64,000 nucleotides of DNA, taken from NCBI GenBank assembly GCA_017961685.1, contig JAGCWW010000050.1, forward strand, positions 290 to 64,289, written 5' to 3'. Every line of letters begins with the position of its first letter. Within the stretch, counting starts at the first letter, position 1. Shown here piece by piece: positions 7,922-18,962 of this stretch. The translations under genes were made by a program, and so were the position numbers. Below the pieces are notes generated by a model. That model saw only the letters and a program-made list of their open reading frames with translations, was not told where the DNA came from and made no database searches. The DNA is from Acholeplasmatales bacterium (GTDB lineage: Bacteria; Bacillota_I; Bacilli_A; Acholeplasmatales; JAEDCM01).

Positions 7922-10585
7922 TTGAAAGGTTTATATAAAAAAATACTAACTCTTTTTCTTACAATACTAACAGTAATCGCACTTACTGCATGTAGTAAGG
8001 ATAAAAACAAAAAGAATAAGTTTAATCCAGTTCAAAACGTAGGAGAAATCATACGTGATGATGATATGGAATTAGATTTATTTGATGGACTTGAAATGAC
8101 TGAATTAAATCCTGAAAACCCAAATATGTATAAGAGTACATATATGGATGTTGAACCTGACTTTACTTTAACATTAATTGCTAAATCAACTTATCTTGGT
8201 GATGCTATTGTTGCACAAACAGTTAAGGTAACAGATTCATATGAAGCTGATGTTGAATTCTTGGTTGAAGAAGGAACTGATCCTGATATTCAATCATACA
8301 TCGTTTCAGCTGTAGGTGGATTCAAGAGCGGTTCAGCTTATACTGTTTCAATTGAAGAAAATAATGCTTTATTCTTTAAGGATAGAGATGAATCAATAAG
8401 AAAAGTATTATTTACTGTAAAAGATACAGATAAAGATGAAATGAAAATCAAAGAAGATATTCCTCAATATGACTTTAGAAAAGTAACATATTTTGATGGA
8501 TTTGGTGATTATGATACTTACATGATTTATGAAGGAGAATTTAATGAATCAGAAGGTAGTGTAGTATCATTTACTAATACTGGTGATGAACAAGACATTT
8601 ATATCAAGGTATTATCAGTTTCAAAACAAAAGAAGGGCGTTTATAAAATTTATTATGAAGCACCTGAAGCTGCTGATATTTTTGAAAAACTAGATCTTCA
8701 TATTGATAACAAGCAAGTTTTACTAAATAATAATAATTTAAATCTTAAGACTGAAGAAGAAATTATCAAAGCTATAAAGGAAACTTCATTTGCGCAAGAA
8801 TATATTGCTAAAGCAGCTTATATTTATAATTTCCATGAGCAAATTTTAAAAGCAGAAGAAAATAGTAAAGCTAGTGATTTCTGGGATAAATGTTATATAC
8901 AAGTATCATTTAACACTACTGATACACATTTAACTGTAGGTGTTTCTTTTAGCTATACAATCACATTTGAATCTGGTTGGAGATTACTTCTTTGTGTAAA
9001 CTTTAAGTTTGTTCAAGGCTTTATCGTAAGTGGTTCAGCTAAGGTTGATACATTCTTAGGTATTCCTACAGGTGTAGATATGAACGTAAGTGCTACACGT
9101 GAAAGCTCAATTGGCGTTGAATTTAGAGCAGTAGTTGCTAACCCTAAGTTTAATCCTGACTGGATGGAAGCCGAACCAGAAAACTTTGATTTAAATGATG
9201 CTCAAAAAGCTGTAGACGATTTAAAGAAAAAATGGTTTGATAAAGGTGCTGGTAGAGACGGTATTAATAGAGATGCTGTTGAAGGCGACACTTTATTAAT
9301 TAACGTTGGTTTCTTAAAGTTTATCATTGCTGGCTGTTTATCAATCGACTTAGATTTCTTTATTGGTGTTAAGAATCAAGCTAACATTACTCTTGGTATA
9401 GGTTATACTTATTCAAGCGTAAGTGTATTGGTTAGCTATTCAACTTCATCAGGTGGTGGAGATGGTGGTGAAAGTCCAGATTCTATTAGAGAACATTCAA
9501 TTGGCGGAAGCTTTGTTGGTAAATATAGTGCTGAATTATTCTTTAAAGTAAGATTATCAGTTTATATTACTCCAATTAAATGGATAATTTGTCTATATGT
9601 TGATGCTGATGCAGGCTTATACTTTGATTTAGCTGGCTTAGTTGAATTAAAATATGACTTTGTTGCTAGTGATTTAGATGTATCAGGTGCATTTACCGCA
9701 GAGTTTGGATTGTTTTGTAGAGTAACACTAAATCTACAAATCTTAAAGAATATTCACTACAACTGGACACTTTTTGAAGGTAGGTTCCCGGCACTCAAAT
9801 TTACATGTAATAATGCCTTAAGGGAGCGAGATACAGATGAAAGATTTACAATTGAACTAACAAACAATAAATCTGATTCTATGCTATATCGTATGTTTGA
9901 ATATAGAGTATTTGATCCAAATGCACTTGGTGTTGTTGTAAAGAATTACAAATATGATACAGAAGTAACATATTTTGAAATGTTTAAAGATCCAATTGGA
10001 AAATATAAGATGTTTGATAACTTTACTTCAAATAATGATAATGTTCAATTTGTAGATGGATATATCATCGTAAATGAAAATTCAGCTGATGAATATGCAA
10101 GAATATCTTATGTTTATTATGATATTTCAGGTGATAAATATAACGACTATGTAGATATTCACTATAGATCACAAGATGCTTTAACTGTAACATATGGTGG
10201 AAAGAATCCTAGATACTATCTAGCAGGTGATGTTATTGAATTCGTTGAACCTGAACACATCGATGGTAAAATCTTTAGAGGTTATACTTATAAGGGTAAG
10301 ACTTATGTTTCAACAGATGTCTTTGTAATGCCAAATAATGATGTTGAATTTGATTTATTATACATTGATGATGTAACATACACTGTAAAATATTATGATG
10401 GTAATAACCAATTAATTTATACTGAAGAAGTATTTAATGGTGATACAGCAAAAGGTCCAGATGCAGCTACAAGAGATGCATTAATGGAAAGTGGATATAT
10501 CTTCGTATGCTATGATCAACCACTAGATAATATTAATTGCGATTTAGAAGTACACGCAATCTATACAAGAAAGGGTGATCGATAA
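7922..10585 (+). CDS. Large surface lipoprotein (887 aa) with C-terminal Listeria-Bacteroides-type repeats
   Basis: TTG start 7 nt after AAGGAGG. Lipobox is LTAC|SK. The centre is beta-rich and unrecognised. C-terminal units such as YTVKYYDGNN...GYIFVCYDQPL...VHAIY resemble InlB B-repeats. Confidence 0.7.
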   Translation: MKGLYKKILTLFLTILTVIALTACSKDKNKKNKFNPVQNVGEIIRDDDMELDLFDGLEMTELNPENPNMYKSTYMDVEPDFTLTLIAKSTYLGDAIVAQTVKVTDSYEADVEFLVEEGTDPDIQSYIVSAVGGFKSGSAYTVSIEENNALFFKDRDESIRKVLFTVKDTDKDEMKIKEDIPQYDFRKVTYFDGFGDYDTYMIYEGEFNESEGSVVSFTNTGDEQDIYIKVLSVSKQKKGVYKIYYEAPEAADIFEKLDLHIDNKQVLLNNNNLNLKTEEEIIKAIKETSFAQEYIAKAAYIYNFHEQILKAEENSKASDFWDKCYIQVSFNTTDTHLTVGVSFSYTITFESGWRLLLCVNFKFVQGFIVSGSAKVDTFLGIPTGVDMNVSATRESSIGVEFRAVVANPKFNPDWMEAEPENFDLNDAQKAVDDLKKKWFDKGAGRDGINRDAVEGDTLLINVGFLKFIIAGCLSIDLDFFIGVKNQANITLGIGYTYSSVSVLVSYSTSSGGGDGGESPDSIREHSIGGSFVGKYSAELFFKVRLSVYITPIKWIICLYVDADAGLYFDLAGLVELKYDFVASDLDVSGAFTAEFGLFCRVTLNLQILKNIHYNWTLFEGRFPALKFTCNNALRERDTDERFTIELTNNKSDSMLYRMFEYRVFDPNALGVVVKNYKYDTEVTYFEMFKDPIGKYKMFDNFTSNNDNVQFVDGYIIVNENSADEYARISYVYYDISGDKYNDYVDIHYRSQDALTVTYGGKNPRYYLAGDVIEFVEPEHIDGKIFRGYTYKGKTYVSTDVFVMPNNDVEFDLLYIDDVTYTVKYYDGNNQLIYTEEVFNGDTAKGPDAATRDALMESGYIFVCYDQPLDNINCDLEVHAIYTRKGDR

Positions 10586-11997
10586 TGAAGAAATTACTTA
10601 GTTTATTATTATTCTCATCCTTAGCTCTAGCTGTTGCTGGATGTTCTAAAAAAGATGTACATCGTCCTATAGAACTTGCTGCTAAAATTGATTATTTTGA
10701 CACGAGAAAACAAGTTTCTGATGTTAAAATAACTAATGTACCTAAGCAAATTAAGTTAGGCTATCTAGCAAGTGAAAACATAACTTTAAATGTTAGTTAT
10801 TTAGATGGAACTAAATCAAGTTATCATATTACAGAAGAATTCTTCCCAAAAGAAGCACTACCTGAACTTAAAACTGAAGGTGATAAGAACTTTGACTTTA
10901 TTTATAAAGGAAATCATATGCCACTTAAGTTTAAGCATGTTGCTTCAACTGTACCTATGACTTATGAAGTTAAATTCTTAGATGAAACTGGTAAAACAGT
11001 TGAAACTAAATATGTTAATTACTTAGAAAAAGCTACATGTACAACTTCTAAACTTAATAGAATTAATAACTATATGAGTGATGGTTATTACTATAAGTTC
11101 ACTAAAACATTTGATCAAGATTTAGATTATGTTTATAAGAATGTAGTAGCTAAACCTATATTTGATAAATATAAAACATATGGTGATTATGGTAATTATT
11201 ATAATTACTTATCTACTACAGAATATGAAAGAATGGCTGTACAAGTTGATGAAGATTTAACATATCATTCTCTAATTTATGTAGGTAGATTAAATAATGT
11301 TGCATCTAGTAACTTAACTAAACCTCATGAAAGAACTACTTATAATAGAGAACAATGGCAATTTAGAAAATATGAATCAGGAAAAGATTTCTATGAAAAT
11401 GTATGTAGTAATTTAAGTACCTTAATTACTAATAACTATAATCATGAAAAAGATTATCCAAAAGATACTAGTTTAACTATTACTAATACTAACTGCTTAG
11501 ATTTAAATCTAAACAAAAAGAGTAGTTATGAACTTGGTACTGATTCAAATAAGTTTAATGTAGATATTCAAGATTGCTTCACTAAAGATTTCTCTAGATA
11601 CACACTTGATACAACAAAGAAGAGAAAAGATGGTAGTGATTACTCATTTGATTCTGTATTTGATAAATCACTAAAATTCTATCAAGATGAAGCTGCATAT
11701 AATAGTCAATCGCATTATAAACAAATCTTCTCAGAAGATTATGCTAAAGGCTTCTATAGTATGGACTTCACAATTGATATGGATGTTTATCTAGATGTAT
11801 CATTTAAATTTAGCCATAATAATGATGATTGCTTATTCGAATTATCTGATGCTAAATTAGCATTTGGTTATGTAGCTGGTTCAGCTAAATATTCATTAAA
11901 TTATTCAACTGATAATCATTATGAATATTATGGAAATAAATTCTCAATCTATAACTCTGTATTAGCTGAAACATTATATCAAGTTGTAACTCACTAA
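10585..11997 (+). CDS. Lipoprotein (470 aa), function unknown
   Basis: The start overlaps the upstream stop (TAATG). Signal peptide plus lipobox LAVAGC|SK. Confidence 0.7.
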   Translation: MKKLLSLLLFSSLALAVAGCSKKDVHRPIELAAKIDYFDTRKQVSDVKITNVPKQIKLGYLASENITLNVSYLDGTKSSYHITEEFFPKEALPELKTEGDKNFDFIYKGNHMPLKFKHVASTVPMTYEVKFLDETGKTVETKYVNYLEKATCTTSKLNRINNYMSDGYYYKFTKTFDQDLDYVYKNVVAKPIFDKYKTYGDYGNYYNYLSTTEYERMAVQVDEDLTYHSLIYVGRLNNVASSNLTKPHERTTYNREQWQFRKYESGKDFYENVCSNLSTLITNNYNHEKDYPKDTSLTITNTNCLDLNLNKKSSYELGTDSNKFNVDIQDCFTKDFSRYTLDTTKKRKDGSDYSFDSVFDKSLKFYQDEAAYNSQSHYKQIFSEDYAKGFYSMDFTIDMDVYLDVSFKFSHNNDDCLFELSDAKLAFGYVAGSAKYSLNYSTDNHYEYYGNKFSIYNSVLAETLYQVVTH

Positions 11998-12002
11998 CGA
12001 TT

Positions 12003-12031
12003 AAAAAAGAGCCTTTCTAGGCTCTTTTCTT
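12003..12031. terminator. Bidirectional terminator between convergent genes
   Basis: A-run, AGAGCCT-ttct-AGGCTCT, T-run. Confidence 0.6.
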
Positions 12032-13312
12032 TTATATCATAATTGCTAAACCAAGTAAACTTGTGCATAATGTTGGAATAGATATTATAACTCCATATTT
12101 AATAAAATCTAAGAAGCTAAATTTTATTTCATGTTTCTTTAAAATGCTTAACCACATAATACCTGCTAAAGCACCAATAGGTGTTAGGAATGCTCCTATA
12201 TTTGATCCTATAATTGATGCATAAATACTGCCAGAATTAGTTGTTATACTACTATATAAAACACTCATAGGTATATTATTAATTAAGCTACAAGATAAAT
12301 AAGAAGTAGTACCATAACTAAATATTGTATTTGTCTTATTTAATAATTCTTTTAAGTTATCAGTTATACCTTGATTATCTAGTGCTAAAACAATAAAGAA
12401 CATTGATATAACAAATGGAAATAAGGAATAAGGTATTCTTTTTAATCCGTTAACAATAATTGTTTTATCTTTATGAATAATTAAATTACCAATAATAAAT
12501 AGAAGTAGTGCTAAAGCACAAACTAAGGATACTAAATACATTTCTAAATTAATGTAGTTAGATATCGCAAGTAATATAATACAAATTATTAATAATATTA
12601 AAGACACAGCAAGTAAGAACTTATCTTTGATTATAATTTCTTCACTAGTACAATCTAATTTTTCTTTAAATTTATTTCTAAATAATAAGAATAATATTAA
12701 TAAAGAAGTAAGGCCTGCAAATATTGTAGGTAAGAACATTACTTTAAAATAATCTAAGAATGTTATATTTGCGTTAGCTCCAATATAAATATTTGTAGGA
12801 TTACCTATAATAAATAACATACTCCAAGTATTAGCCGCAATAAATTCTGTGACTAAGTAAGGTATAGGATTAATTTTCGCATTCTTACTAAAGAAAATAA
12901 TAAATGGAGTAAATGTAAGAATAACTATATCATTTGATGTGAATATGGTTAATATTGAACATAATAAATAAAGTATTATAAATAGTTTTATTTGGCTTCC
13001 ATTAGCCTTTTTTAGTGCTTTATTAGCTAAGTATTCAAAGAAGTTTAATTCATCTAATATAATAGATATAAAACTCATTGAGAAGAACAAGACAATTATC
13101 TTTAGTGGATTCATTCCACCACTACTAACTAATTTATTCATCGCATCCTCTATATCTATTAATTTAAACGCCGCAATTAATAACATGGCGATAAAAGGGA
13201 AGATGTAGAAGGTCTGCGTCTCAAATGATTTAAATTTAATTTTAGGGAATACAATTATAGATATAAGCATCAATATAATGGCACTTATACATATAACTAA
13301 AGTTAAAACCAT
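12032..13312 (-). CDS. ArsB/NhaD-superfamily (SLC13/CitMHS-like) anion permease
   Basis: Polytopic membrane protein of about 425 aa with composition typical of this superfamily. The preferred start is M21 of the track ORF (MVLTLV), 6 nt after AAGGTG. TGCTACAAT lies upstream. Confidence 0.55.
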   Translation of the reverse strand: MVLTLVICISAIILMLISIIVFPKIKFKSFETQTFYIFPFIAMLLIAAFKLIDIEDAMNKLVSSGGMNPLKIIVLFFSMSFISIILDELNFFEYLANKALKKANGSQIKLFIILYLLCSILTIFTSNDIVILTFTPFIIFFSKNAKINPIPYLVTEFIAANTWSMLFIIGNPTNIYIGANANITFLDYFKVMFLPTIFAGLTSLLILFLLFRNKFKEKLDCTSEEIIIKDKFLLAVSLILLIICIILLAISNYINLEMYLVSLVCALALLLFIIGNLIIHKDKTIIVNGLKRIPYSLFPFVISMFFIVLALDNQGITDNLKELLNKTNTIFSYGTTSYLSCSLINNIPMSVLYSSITTNSGSIYASIIGSNIGAFLTPIGALAGIMWLSILKKHEIKFSFLDFIKYGVIISIPTLCTSLLGLAIMI

Positions 13313-13384
13313 ATGCATCACCTTAAATATTGTAGCACAAATAGAAAAAAAGTTGCCAATAATTTTTAGCAACTTTTTATTATT

Positions 13385-13846
13385 TTATTGTGCAAGTTTT
13401 TTGATTAAGTATAATTCACCATCATCAATAGTACCATCTATTGCAGCAAAGCATATAGCATATTCAACTAAGTTTTCCTTTAGTTGAGCCATTTTCTTAC
13501 CTAGAGTATCGATAAAATCATCTACGATATTAATTGTTTTTTGTAAATCACAATTTTTGATTTCTTCAACTAATTGTTTAGGTGATGGCTTATCAATTAA
13601 ACCTTCAGTAATTTCAACAAATAATTCATATTCATTGACATTTACTTTATTATCTCCAGCAATAGAAGCATAAGATAATCTAAGAAGTAACTCCCAAGGC
13701 ATTAGGTTATGCTTTTCAAATAGATCAGTAGTTTTATAAATCTTTGTAAATTCATTTAAGATATCTACTACAACAATTTTTGCACGTTTTTTAATTTGTT
13801 CTTTATTTAACTTTTTAATTTCATTTACTAACTTTAAGTAATCCAT
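13385..13846 (-). CDS. Hypothetical protein, possibly TerB-like
   Basis: Two segments resemble TerB-type motifs (IAGDNKVNVNEYELF and AAIDGTIDDGELYLIKKL). This is a weak call. Confidence 0.3.
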   Translation of the reverse strand: MDYLKLVNEIKKLNKEQIKKRAKIVVVDILNEFTKIYKTTDLFEKHNLMPWELLLRLSYASIAGDNKVNVNEYELFVEITEGLIDKPSPKQLVEEIKNCDLQKTINIVDDFIDTLGKKMAQLKENLVEYAICFAAIDGTIDDGELYLIKKLAQ

Positions 13847-13851
13847 AAATT

Positions 13852-14268
13852 CTATCCAGCTTTTTTGTAAATGTTTCTACCATTTTCATCCTTTTCGTAA
13901 TCGTTAAGGTTTTTAGAACTTCCAGCTAATAAGCATCCGATTACATATGCAGCAAGTAATACAAGTTGAATAATAACTGTCCACTTAGTTTCCATTCCAC
14001 CTATTCCGTTATGTTTAAGTGACATTTCCATTGCAGCTAAAGCGATTGATAATGCTACATAAATAATAGAAATAGTAGATGTAATAGGTTTAGAATCACT
14101 GAATAAGAATGTTAAACCACAAGCGATAACAATTCCACCAGCTGTAAACCAAACAGCAATTGCTTGTTCTTGTGTCATCTTGTTAGTACCAATTACTAAA
14201 TATGAAATCATAATGAATACTAATAACACAATCGCAAAAGAAATACATAATACAAATTTTCTGCTCAT
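13852..14268 (-). CDS. Small integral membrane protein (4 TM)
   Basis: AAGGAGG RBS. Four hydrophobic segments. The stop lies 5 nt before the downstream start. Confidence 0.6.
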   Translation of the reverse strand: MSRKFVLCISFAIVLLVFIMISYLVIGTNKMTQEQAIAVWFTAGGIVIACGLTFLFSDSKPITSTISIIYVALSIALAAMEMSLKHNGIGGMETKWTVIIQLVLLAAYVIGCLLAGSSKNLNDYEKDENGRNIYKKAG

Positions 14269-14411
14269 AATTATATCCTCCTTAAATTCTATTATAAATC
14301 AAATTAATTAATAATACAACATAATTAAAGAAAACGCTTTTTGTTGTTGTTAAAACGTATTATATTATGATATAATAACTCTTGTAGTATATTTAAAGGC
14401 AGGTATTAATT

Positions 14412-16304
14412 ATGGGACTAACATTAGTAGAAAAAATTATTAAAGAACATACAACAGATCCTTTAGTAAGAGGAGAAAAAATAAATTTAAAGATTGATCA
14501 AACTTTAACGCAAGATGCAACAGGTACAATGGCATATCTTGAACTTGAATCAATTGGTATTGGAAAAGTAAAAACAAAGCTTTCTGTAAGTTATGTAGAT
14601 CATAACACATTACAAAATGGTTTTGAAAATGCAGATGACCACAGATTCTTACAATCTGTAGCTGATAAGCATGGAATTTATTTTTCAAGAGTAGGTAATG
14701 GTATTTGCCATCAAGTACACTTAGAAAGATTTGCTCATCCAGGTTACACTCTACTTGGGTCTGATTCACATACACCTACAGCAGGTGGTATGGGATCTCT
14801 AGCTATTGGTGCTGGAGGACTAGATGTAGCATGTGCTATGGCTGGTATGCCTTTCCCAATGGTAATGCCAAAGATTGTAAATGTTAAATTACACAACAAA
14901 CTACCTAAGGGCGTTGCTGCAAAAGATATTATTTTATATGTTTTAAAGCAAATGACTGTTAAAGGTGGAGTAAATAAGGTTATCGAATATTCAGGCGATG
15001 GTGTATTAAGCTTAGAAGTACCTGAAAGAGCAACTATTACAAATATGGGTGCTGAACTAGGCGCAACTTCAAGTGTCTTCCCATCAGATGATAATACACT
15101 TGATTTCTTAAGAAAACAAAATAGAGAAAATGACTTCGTAAGACTTGAAGCAGATGCTGATGCTGTATATGATGAAGTTATTGAAATAGATTTATCAACA
15201 TTAAAACCTTTACTAGCATGTCCAAATAGCCCAGATAATGTTAAAGAAGTATCTGAATTAGTTGGAACTAAAGTAAACCAAGTTTTAATTGGAAGCTGTA
15301 CAAACTCAAGCTACTATGATTTCATTAAAGTAGCATCAGTTCTAAAAGGAAAACACGTCCATAAAGACGTTTCTCTAGGTATTGCACCAGGTAGTAAGCA
15401 AGTTCTAGAAATGATTACTAAATCAGGAATCCTATCTATTTTACTTGAAGCTGGAGCAAGAATTTTAGAATCAGCTTGTGGACCATGTATTGGTATGGGA
15501 CAAGCTCCATGTACTGATGCCGTATCTTTAAGAACATTTAATAGAAACTTCTATGGTAGAAGTGGAACAAACTCTGCTCAAGTTTATTTAGTAAGTCCTG
15601 AACTTGCTGCTTTAAGTGCGGTTAATGGATGTATTTCTGATCCATCAGGCCTAGACTTAGATTTATTTGAAAAACCATCTAAGTTCTTAGTAGATGATTC
15701 AATGATTATTAAGCCAACTATGACTAGTGAAATAATCCTTGGACCAAATATCAAACCACTACCTAAGTTTGATAAACTACCAGAAACTTTAGAAAAGAAA
15801 GTAATATTAAAGGTAGAAGATAACATTACAACAGACCACATTATGCCTGCTGGAAGTAAAGTTTTACCTTATAGAAGTAATATTGAAAAAATTTCGGAAT
15901 TCGTATTCTACAAAGTAGATGAAAAATTCAAAGAAAACTGCGTAGCTAATGAAGGTGGATTTATTGTTGGTGGTAATAACTACGGTCAAGGTTCATCAAG
16001 AGAACATGCTGCTATAGCTCCAAGATACTTAGGAATTAGAGCAGTTATCGCAAAGAGCTTCGCAAGAATTCATAGACAAAACTTAATTAACTTTGGTATT
16101 ATGCCATTAACATTTGTTAATGAAGCTGATTATGAAAATATAAGTCAATTTGATACTTTAAAATTTGATGATTTAAAATTAGAAGTAGGTAAAAATATTA
16201 TTGTTAAAAATATAACTAAAAATACTCAATTTGAATTATGCCATGGATTAACTAAGAAAGAAATCGAGTTAATCAATGCTGGTGGACTTTTAAACACTTT
16301 ATAG
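14412..16304 (+). CDS. Aconitate hydratase (630-aa aconitase-family enzyme)
   Basis: Fe-S ligand motifs IGSCTNSS and CGPCIGMG. The swivel-domain motif GQGSSREHAA is at the C-terminus. Confidence 0.85.
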   Translation: MGLTLVEKIIKEHTTDPLVRGEKINLKIDQTLTQDATGTMAYLELESIGIGKVKTKLSVSYVDHNTLQNGFENADDHRFLQSVADKHGIYFSRVGNGICHQVHLERFAHPGYTLLGSDSHTPTAGGMGSLAIGAGGLDVACAMAGMPFPMVMPKIVNVKLHNKLPKGVAAKDIILYVLKQMTVKGGVNKVIEYSGDGVLSLEVPERATITNMGAELGATSSVFPSDDNTLDFLRKQNRENDFVRLEADADAVYDEVIEIDLSTLKPLLACPNSPDNVKEVSELVGTKVNQVLIGSCTNSSYYDFIKVASVLKGKHVHKDVSLGIAPGSKQVLEMITKSGILSILLEAGARILESACGPCIGMGQAPCTDAVSLRTFNRNFYGRSGTNSAQVYLVSPELAALSAVNGCISDPSGLDLDLFEKPSKFLVDDSMIIKPTMTSEIILGPNIKPLPKFDKLPETLEKKVILKVEDNITTDHIMPAGSKVLPYRSNIEKISEFVFYKVDEKFKENCVANEGGFIVGGNNYGQGSSREHAAIAPRYLGIRAVIAKSFARIHRQNLINFGIMPLTFVNEADYENISQFDTLKFDDLKLEVGKNIIVKNITKNTQFELCHGLTKKEIELINAGGLLNTL

Positions 16305-16315
16305 GAGGGATTAAA

Positions 16316-17650
16316 GTGATAAACTTAAAAAGTGATTTCGTTAAAGAAAAATATGATGAATTACTTGAACTTGGAAATATTGAAAATGAATTATATGAAA
16401 AGTTTAATGTAAAAAAAGGTTTAAGAAATGCCAATGGAACAGGTGTTTTAGTCGAATTAACTAAAGTTGCTAACGTACATGGTTATGAAATAGATGCTAA
16501 TGGAAATAAAATAGATTCTGAAGGTTTATTATCATTTAGAGGTGTAGATATCTATGATTTAGCTAGACTAGATAAATCAGTTTATGGATATGAAAAAACT
16601 TGCTACTTACTACTTTTTGGTAGACTACCAAATGATGAAGAATTTGAGCAATTTAAAGCAATCATCTCTGATTGCTATGATCTACCTCAAGAATTCATTA
16701 ACAACATCATTACACGTGGTGTAAGTGAAAACTTAATGAATCATATTATGCGTTCTATTTTAGCATTATATACATTTGATAATGATCCAGATAATACTGA
16801 TCCACTACAAACATTACAAAAAGGTATTTCAATTATTGCTAAATTACCTTCAATTGTAAGTTATTCACTTCAAGCTAAACGTCATTATCTTGATTATAAG
16901 ACTCTTCACATTAGAAGACCTAGAAAAGATTTCTCTATTGCTGAAAACTTATTATACATGTCAAGAAATCATGGTGCATTCAACCAAGTAGAAGCTGAAA
17001 CACTAGATTTAGCATTAATGATTCATGCTGAACATGGTGGAGGTAATAACAGTGCCTTTGCTAACGTAGTAGTTGCTTCAACTGGTACAGATATCTATTC
17101 AGCAATGGTCGCATCATTAGGTTCACTAAAAGGACCTCGTCATGGTGGAGCTAACGGAGCTGTTGAAGATATGATGACTGAAGTAATTAATGCTGTAGGT
17201 GTTAATGCTACTGATGATGAATTAAGAGTAATTGCTAATAAATTATTAGATAAGAATTTCTATGATAAATCAGGATTAATTTATGGTATCGGTCATGCCG
17301 TATATACTTTAAGTGATCCAAGAACTATTCTACTTAAGGCTAAATCAAAAGAATTAGCTATAATGAAGGATAAACTTGATTTATTTGATTTATATGATAG
17401 ATTTGAACGTATTGCTATTGAAGAATTAAAGAGAAGAAAAGGACCTAATTTCCATACATGTGCAAACGTTGACTTCTATAGTGGTTTAACTTATAAATTA
17501 CTAAATATTCCAAGAGACTTATATACTCCAATCTTTGCTTGTGCAAGAATGGTTGGTTGGTTAGCTCATAACGTAGAAGATAAGCTATACTGCAATAAGA
17601 TTATTAGACCAGCAGCTAAATATGTTGGTGAATATAAGCATATTGATTAA
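16316..17650 (+). CDS. Citrate synthase
   Basis: GTG start after TAGGAGGG. Motifs HAEHGGGNNSAF, GPRHGGAN and GIGHAVY. Confidence 0.85.
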   Translation: MINLKSDFVKEKYDELLELGNIENELYEKFNVKKGLRNANGTGVLVELTKVANVHGYEIDANGNKIDSEGLLSFRGVDIYDLARLDKSVYGYEKTCYLLLFGRLPNDEEFEQFKAIISDCYDLPQEFINNIITRGVSENLMNHIMRSILALYTFDNDPDNTDPLQTLQKGISIIAKLPSIVSYSLQAKRHYLDYKTLHIRRPRKDFSIAENLLYMSRNHGAFNQVEAETLDLALMIHAEHGGGNNSAFANVVVASTGTDIYSAMVASLGSLKGPRHGGANGAVEDMMTEVINAVGVNATDDELRVIANKLLDKNFYDKSGLIYGIGHAVYTLSDPRTILLKAKSKELAIMKDKLDLFDLYDRFERIAIEELKRRKGPNFHTCANVDFYSGLTYKLLNIPRDLYTPIFACARMVGWLAHNVEDKLYCNKIIRPAAKYVGEYKHID

Positions 17651-18078
17651 TGAGAGTTTTAATAGATGGTGATGCATCACCAGTAAAAGAGATCGCAGTT
17701 GATTTATGCAACAGTTTTGGTGTAGAATGTATTATATACATGGATTATGCACACGAATATGAATCGCACTATGCAAAAGTTATATTTTGCGATAAACATA
17801 AAGATTCTGTCGATTTAAGAATAAGCAACGATTGCTTAAAAGATGATATAGTTGTAACTCAAGATTATGGCTTAGCTACCCTAATTCTTACAAAAGGAGC
17901 TAAGGTGTTACATAATAACGGCTTTATCATTGATGAAAAAAATATTGATTCACTTTTAGAATCAAGATATCTAGGTAATAAACTTAGAAACAAACAAAAA
18001 ATTAAAGGGCCAAGAAAAAGAGTATTAGAAGATGATATTAAATTTTCTAATACATTAAAAGCACTTTTAGGGGGTTAA
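17650..18078 (+). CDS. YaiI/YqxD family protein (UPF0178/DUF188)
   Basis: N-terminus RVLIDGDASPVKE and overall collinearity with YaiI. The start overlaps the citrate synthase stop (TAATG). Confidence 0.65.
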   Translation: MRVLIDGDASPVKEIAVDLCNSFGVECIIYMDYAHEYESHYAKVIFCDKHKDSVDLRISNDCLKDDIVVTQDYGLATLILTKGAKVLHNNGFIIDEKNIDSLLESRYLGNKLRNKQKIKGPRKRVLEDDIKFSNTLKALLGG

Positions 18079-18081
18079 ATT

Positions 18082-18939
18082 ATGAATAAAGTTGCCATTT
18101 TTACTGATAGTACATGTGATTTAATGCCTGAAACTATTAAAGAGCATGATATACATGTAATACCACTATATGTTAATTTTAAGGATGAATCCTTTAAAGA
18201 TGGTGTTGATATGACTTCACCATTACTTTATGAAAAAGTTGAAAAAGAAAAAATCATGCCTAAAACAAGTGCAGCAACAGTTAAAGACTTTGTTGATGCT
18301 TTCACACCATTTATAAATGATGGATATGATATCTTCTATACAGGTATTAGTAGTAAGATGAGTGTTAACATGCAAAATGTTTTAACTGCTGCATCTGAAT
18401 TTGATGAAGGTAGAGTATATGTATCTGATTCAATGAACTTATCAAGTGATATTGGACTATTAGTTTTAAAAGCTTGTAAGTTTAGAGATGAAGGTAAATC
18501 AGCTAAGGAAATTAAAGATGAAATTGATATTCTAGCACCAAGAGTTAAGGGTGGATTTGTTATTAAATCTATGGACTTTTTATATAAAGGTGGTAGATGT
18601 GGTGCCTTATCAAAAATATTTGGTACAATTTTAAAAATTAAACCATTTATTAGAGTAAAAGATGGTAGTATGTATGTACATAAAAAACCACGTGGTAAAT
18701 TCCATTCAGCTATTGATGTAATGATAGAAGAAGCAATTAATGATTTACCAAATATGAATACAGATTATATTATGGTTACTCATTCTCTAGGTGATGAATA
18801 TGCTCCATATATAATTGAAAAATTAAAAGAACATACTGATATTCCTATTATGGAAACTTATGCAGGTTGTGTAATTTCATCACACTGTGGTAAAGGAACA
18901 ATCGGTATTCTATATATCTTAAAAGATAAATTTGAATAA
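18082..18939 (+). CDS. DegV family fatty-acid-binding protein
   Basis: VAIFTDSTCDL N-terminus and typical length. Confidence 0.85.
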   Translation: MNKVAIFTDSTCDLMPETIKEHDIHVIPLYVNFKDESFKDGVDMTSPLLYEKVEKEKIMPKTSAATVKDFVDAFTPFINDGYDIFYTGISSKMSVNMQNVLTAASEFDEGRVYVSDSMNLSSDIGLLVLKACKFRDEGKSAKEIKDEIDILAPRVKGGFVIKSMDFLYKGGRCGALSKIFGTILKIKPFIRVKDGSMYVHKKPRGKFHSAIDVMIEEAINDLPNMNTDYIMVTHSLGDEYAPYIIEKLKEHTDIPIMETYAGCVISSHCGKGTIGILYILKDKFE

Positions 18940-18962
18940 TAAAAAAAGCCTTCATGGCTTTT

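Noticed and set aside
13278-13487. 69-aa plus-strand ORF
   Set aside because: It spans the promoter and start of the minus-strand permease gene and the 3' end of the TerB-like gene, and it has no RBS.
14440-15841. Minus-strand ORFs 14440..14775 and 15584..15841
   Set aside because: Both are antisense shadows inside the well-supported aconitase gene.
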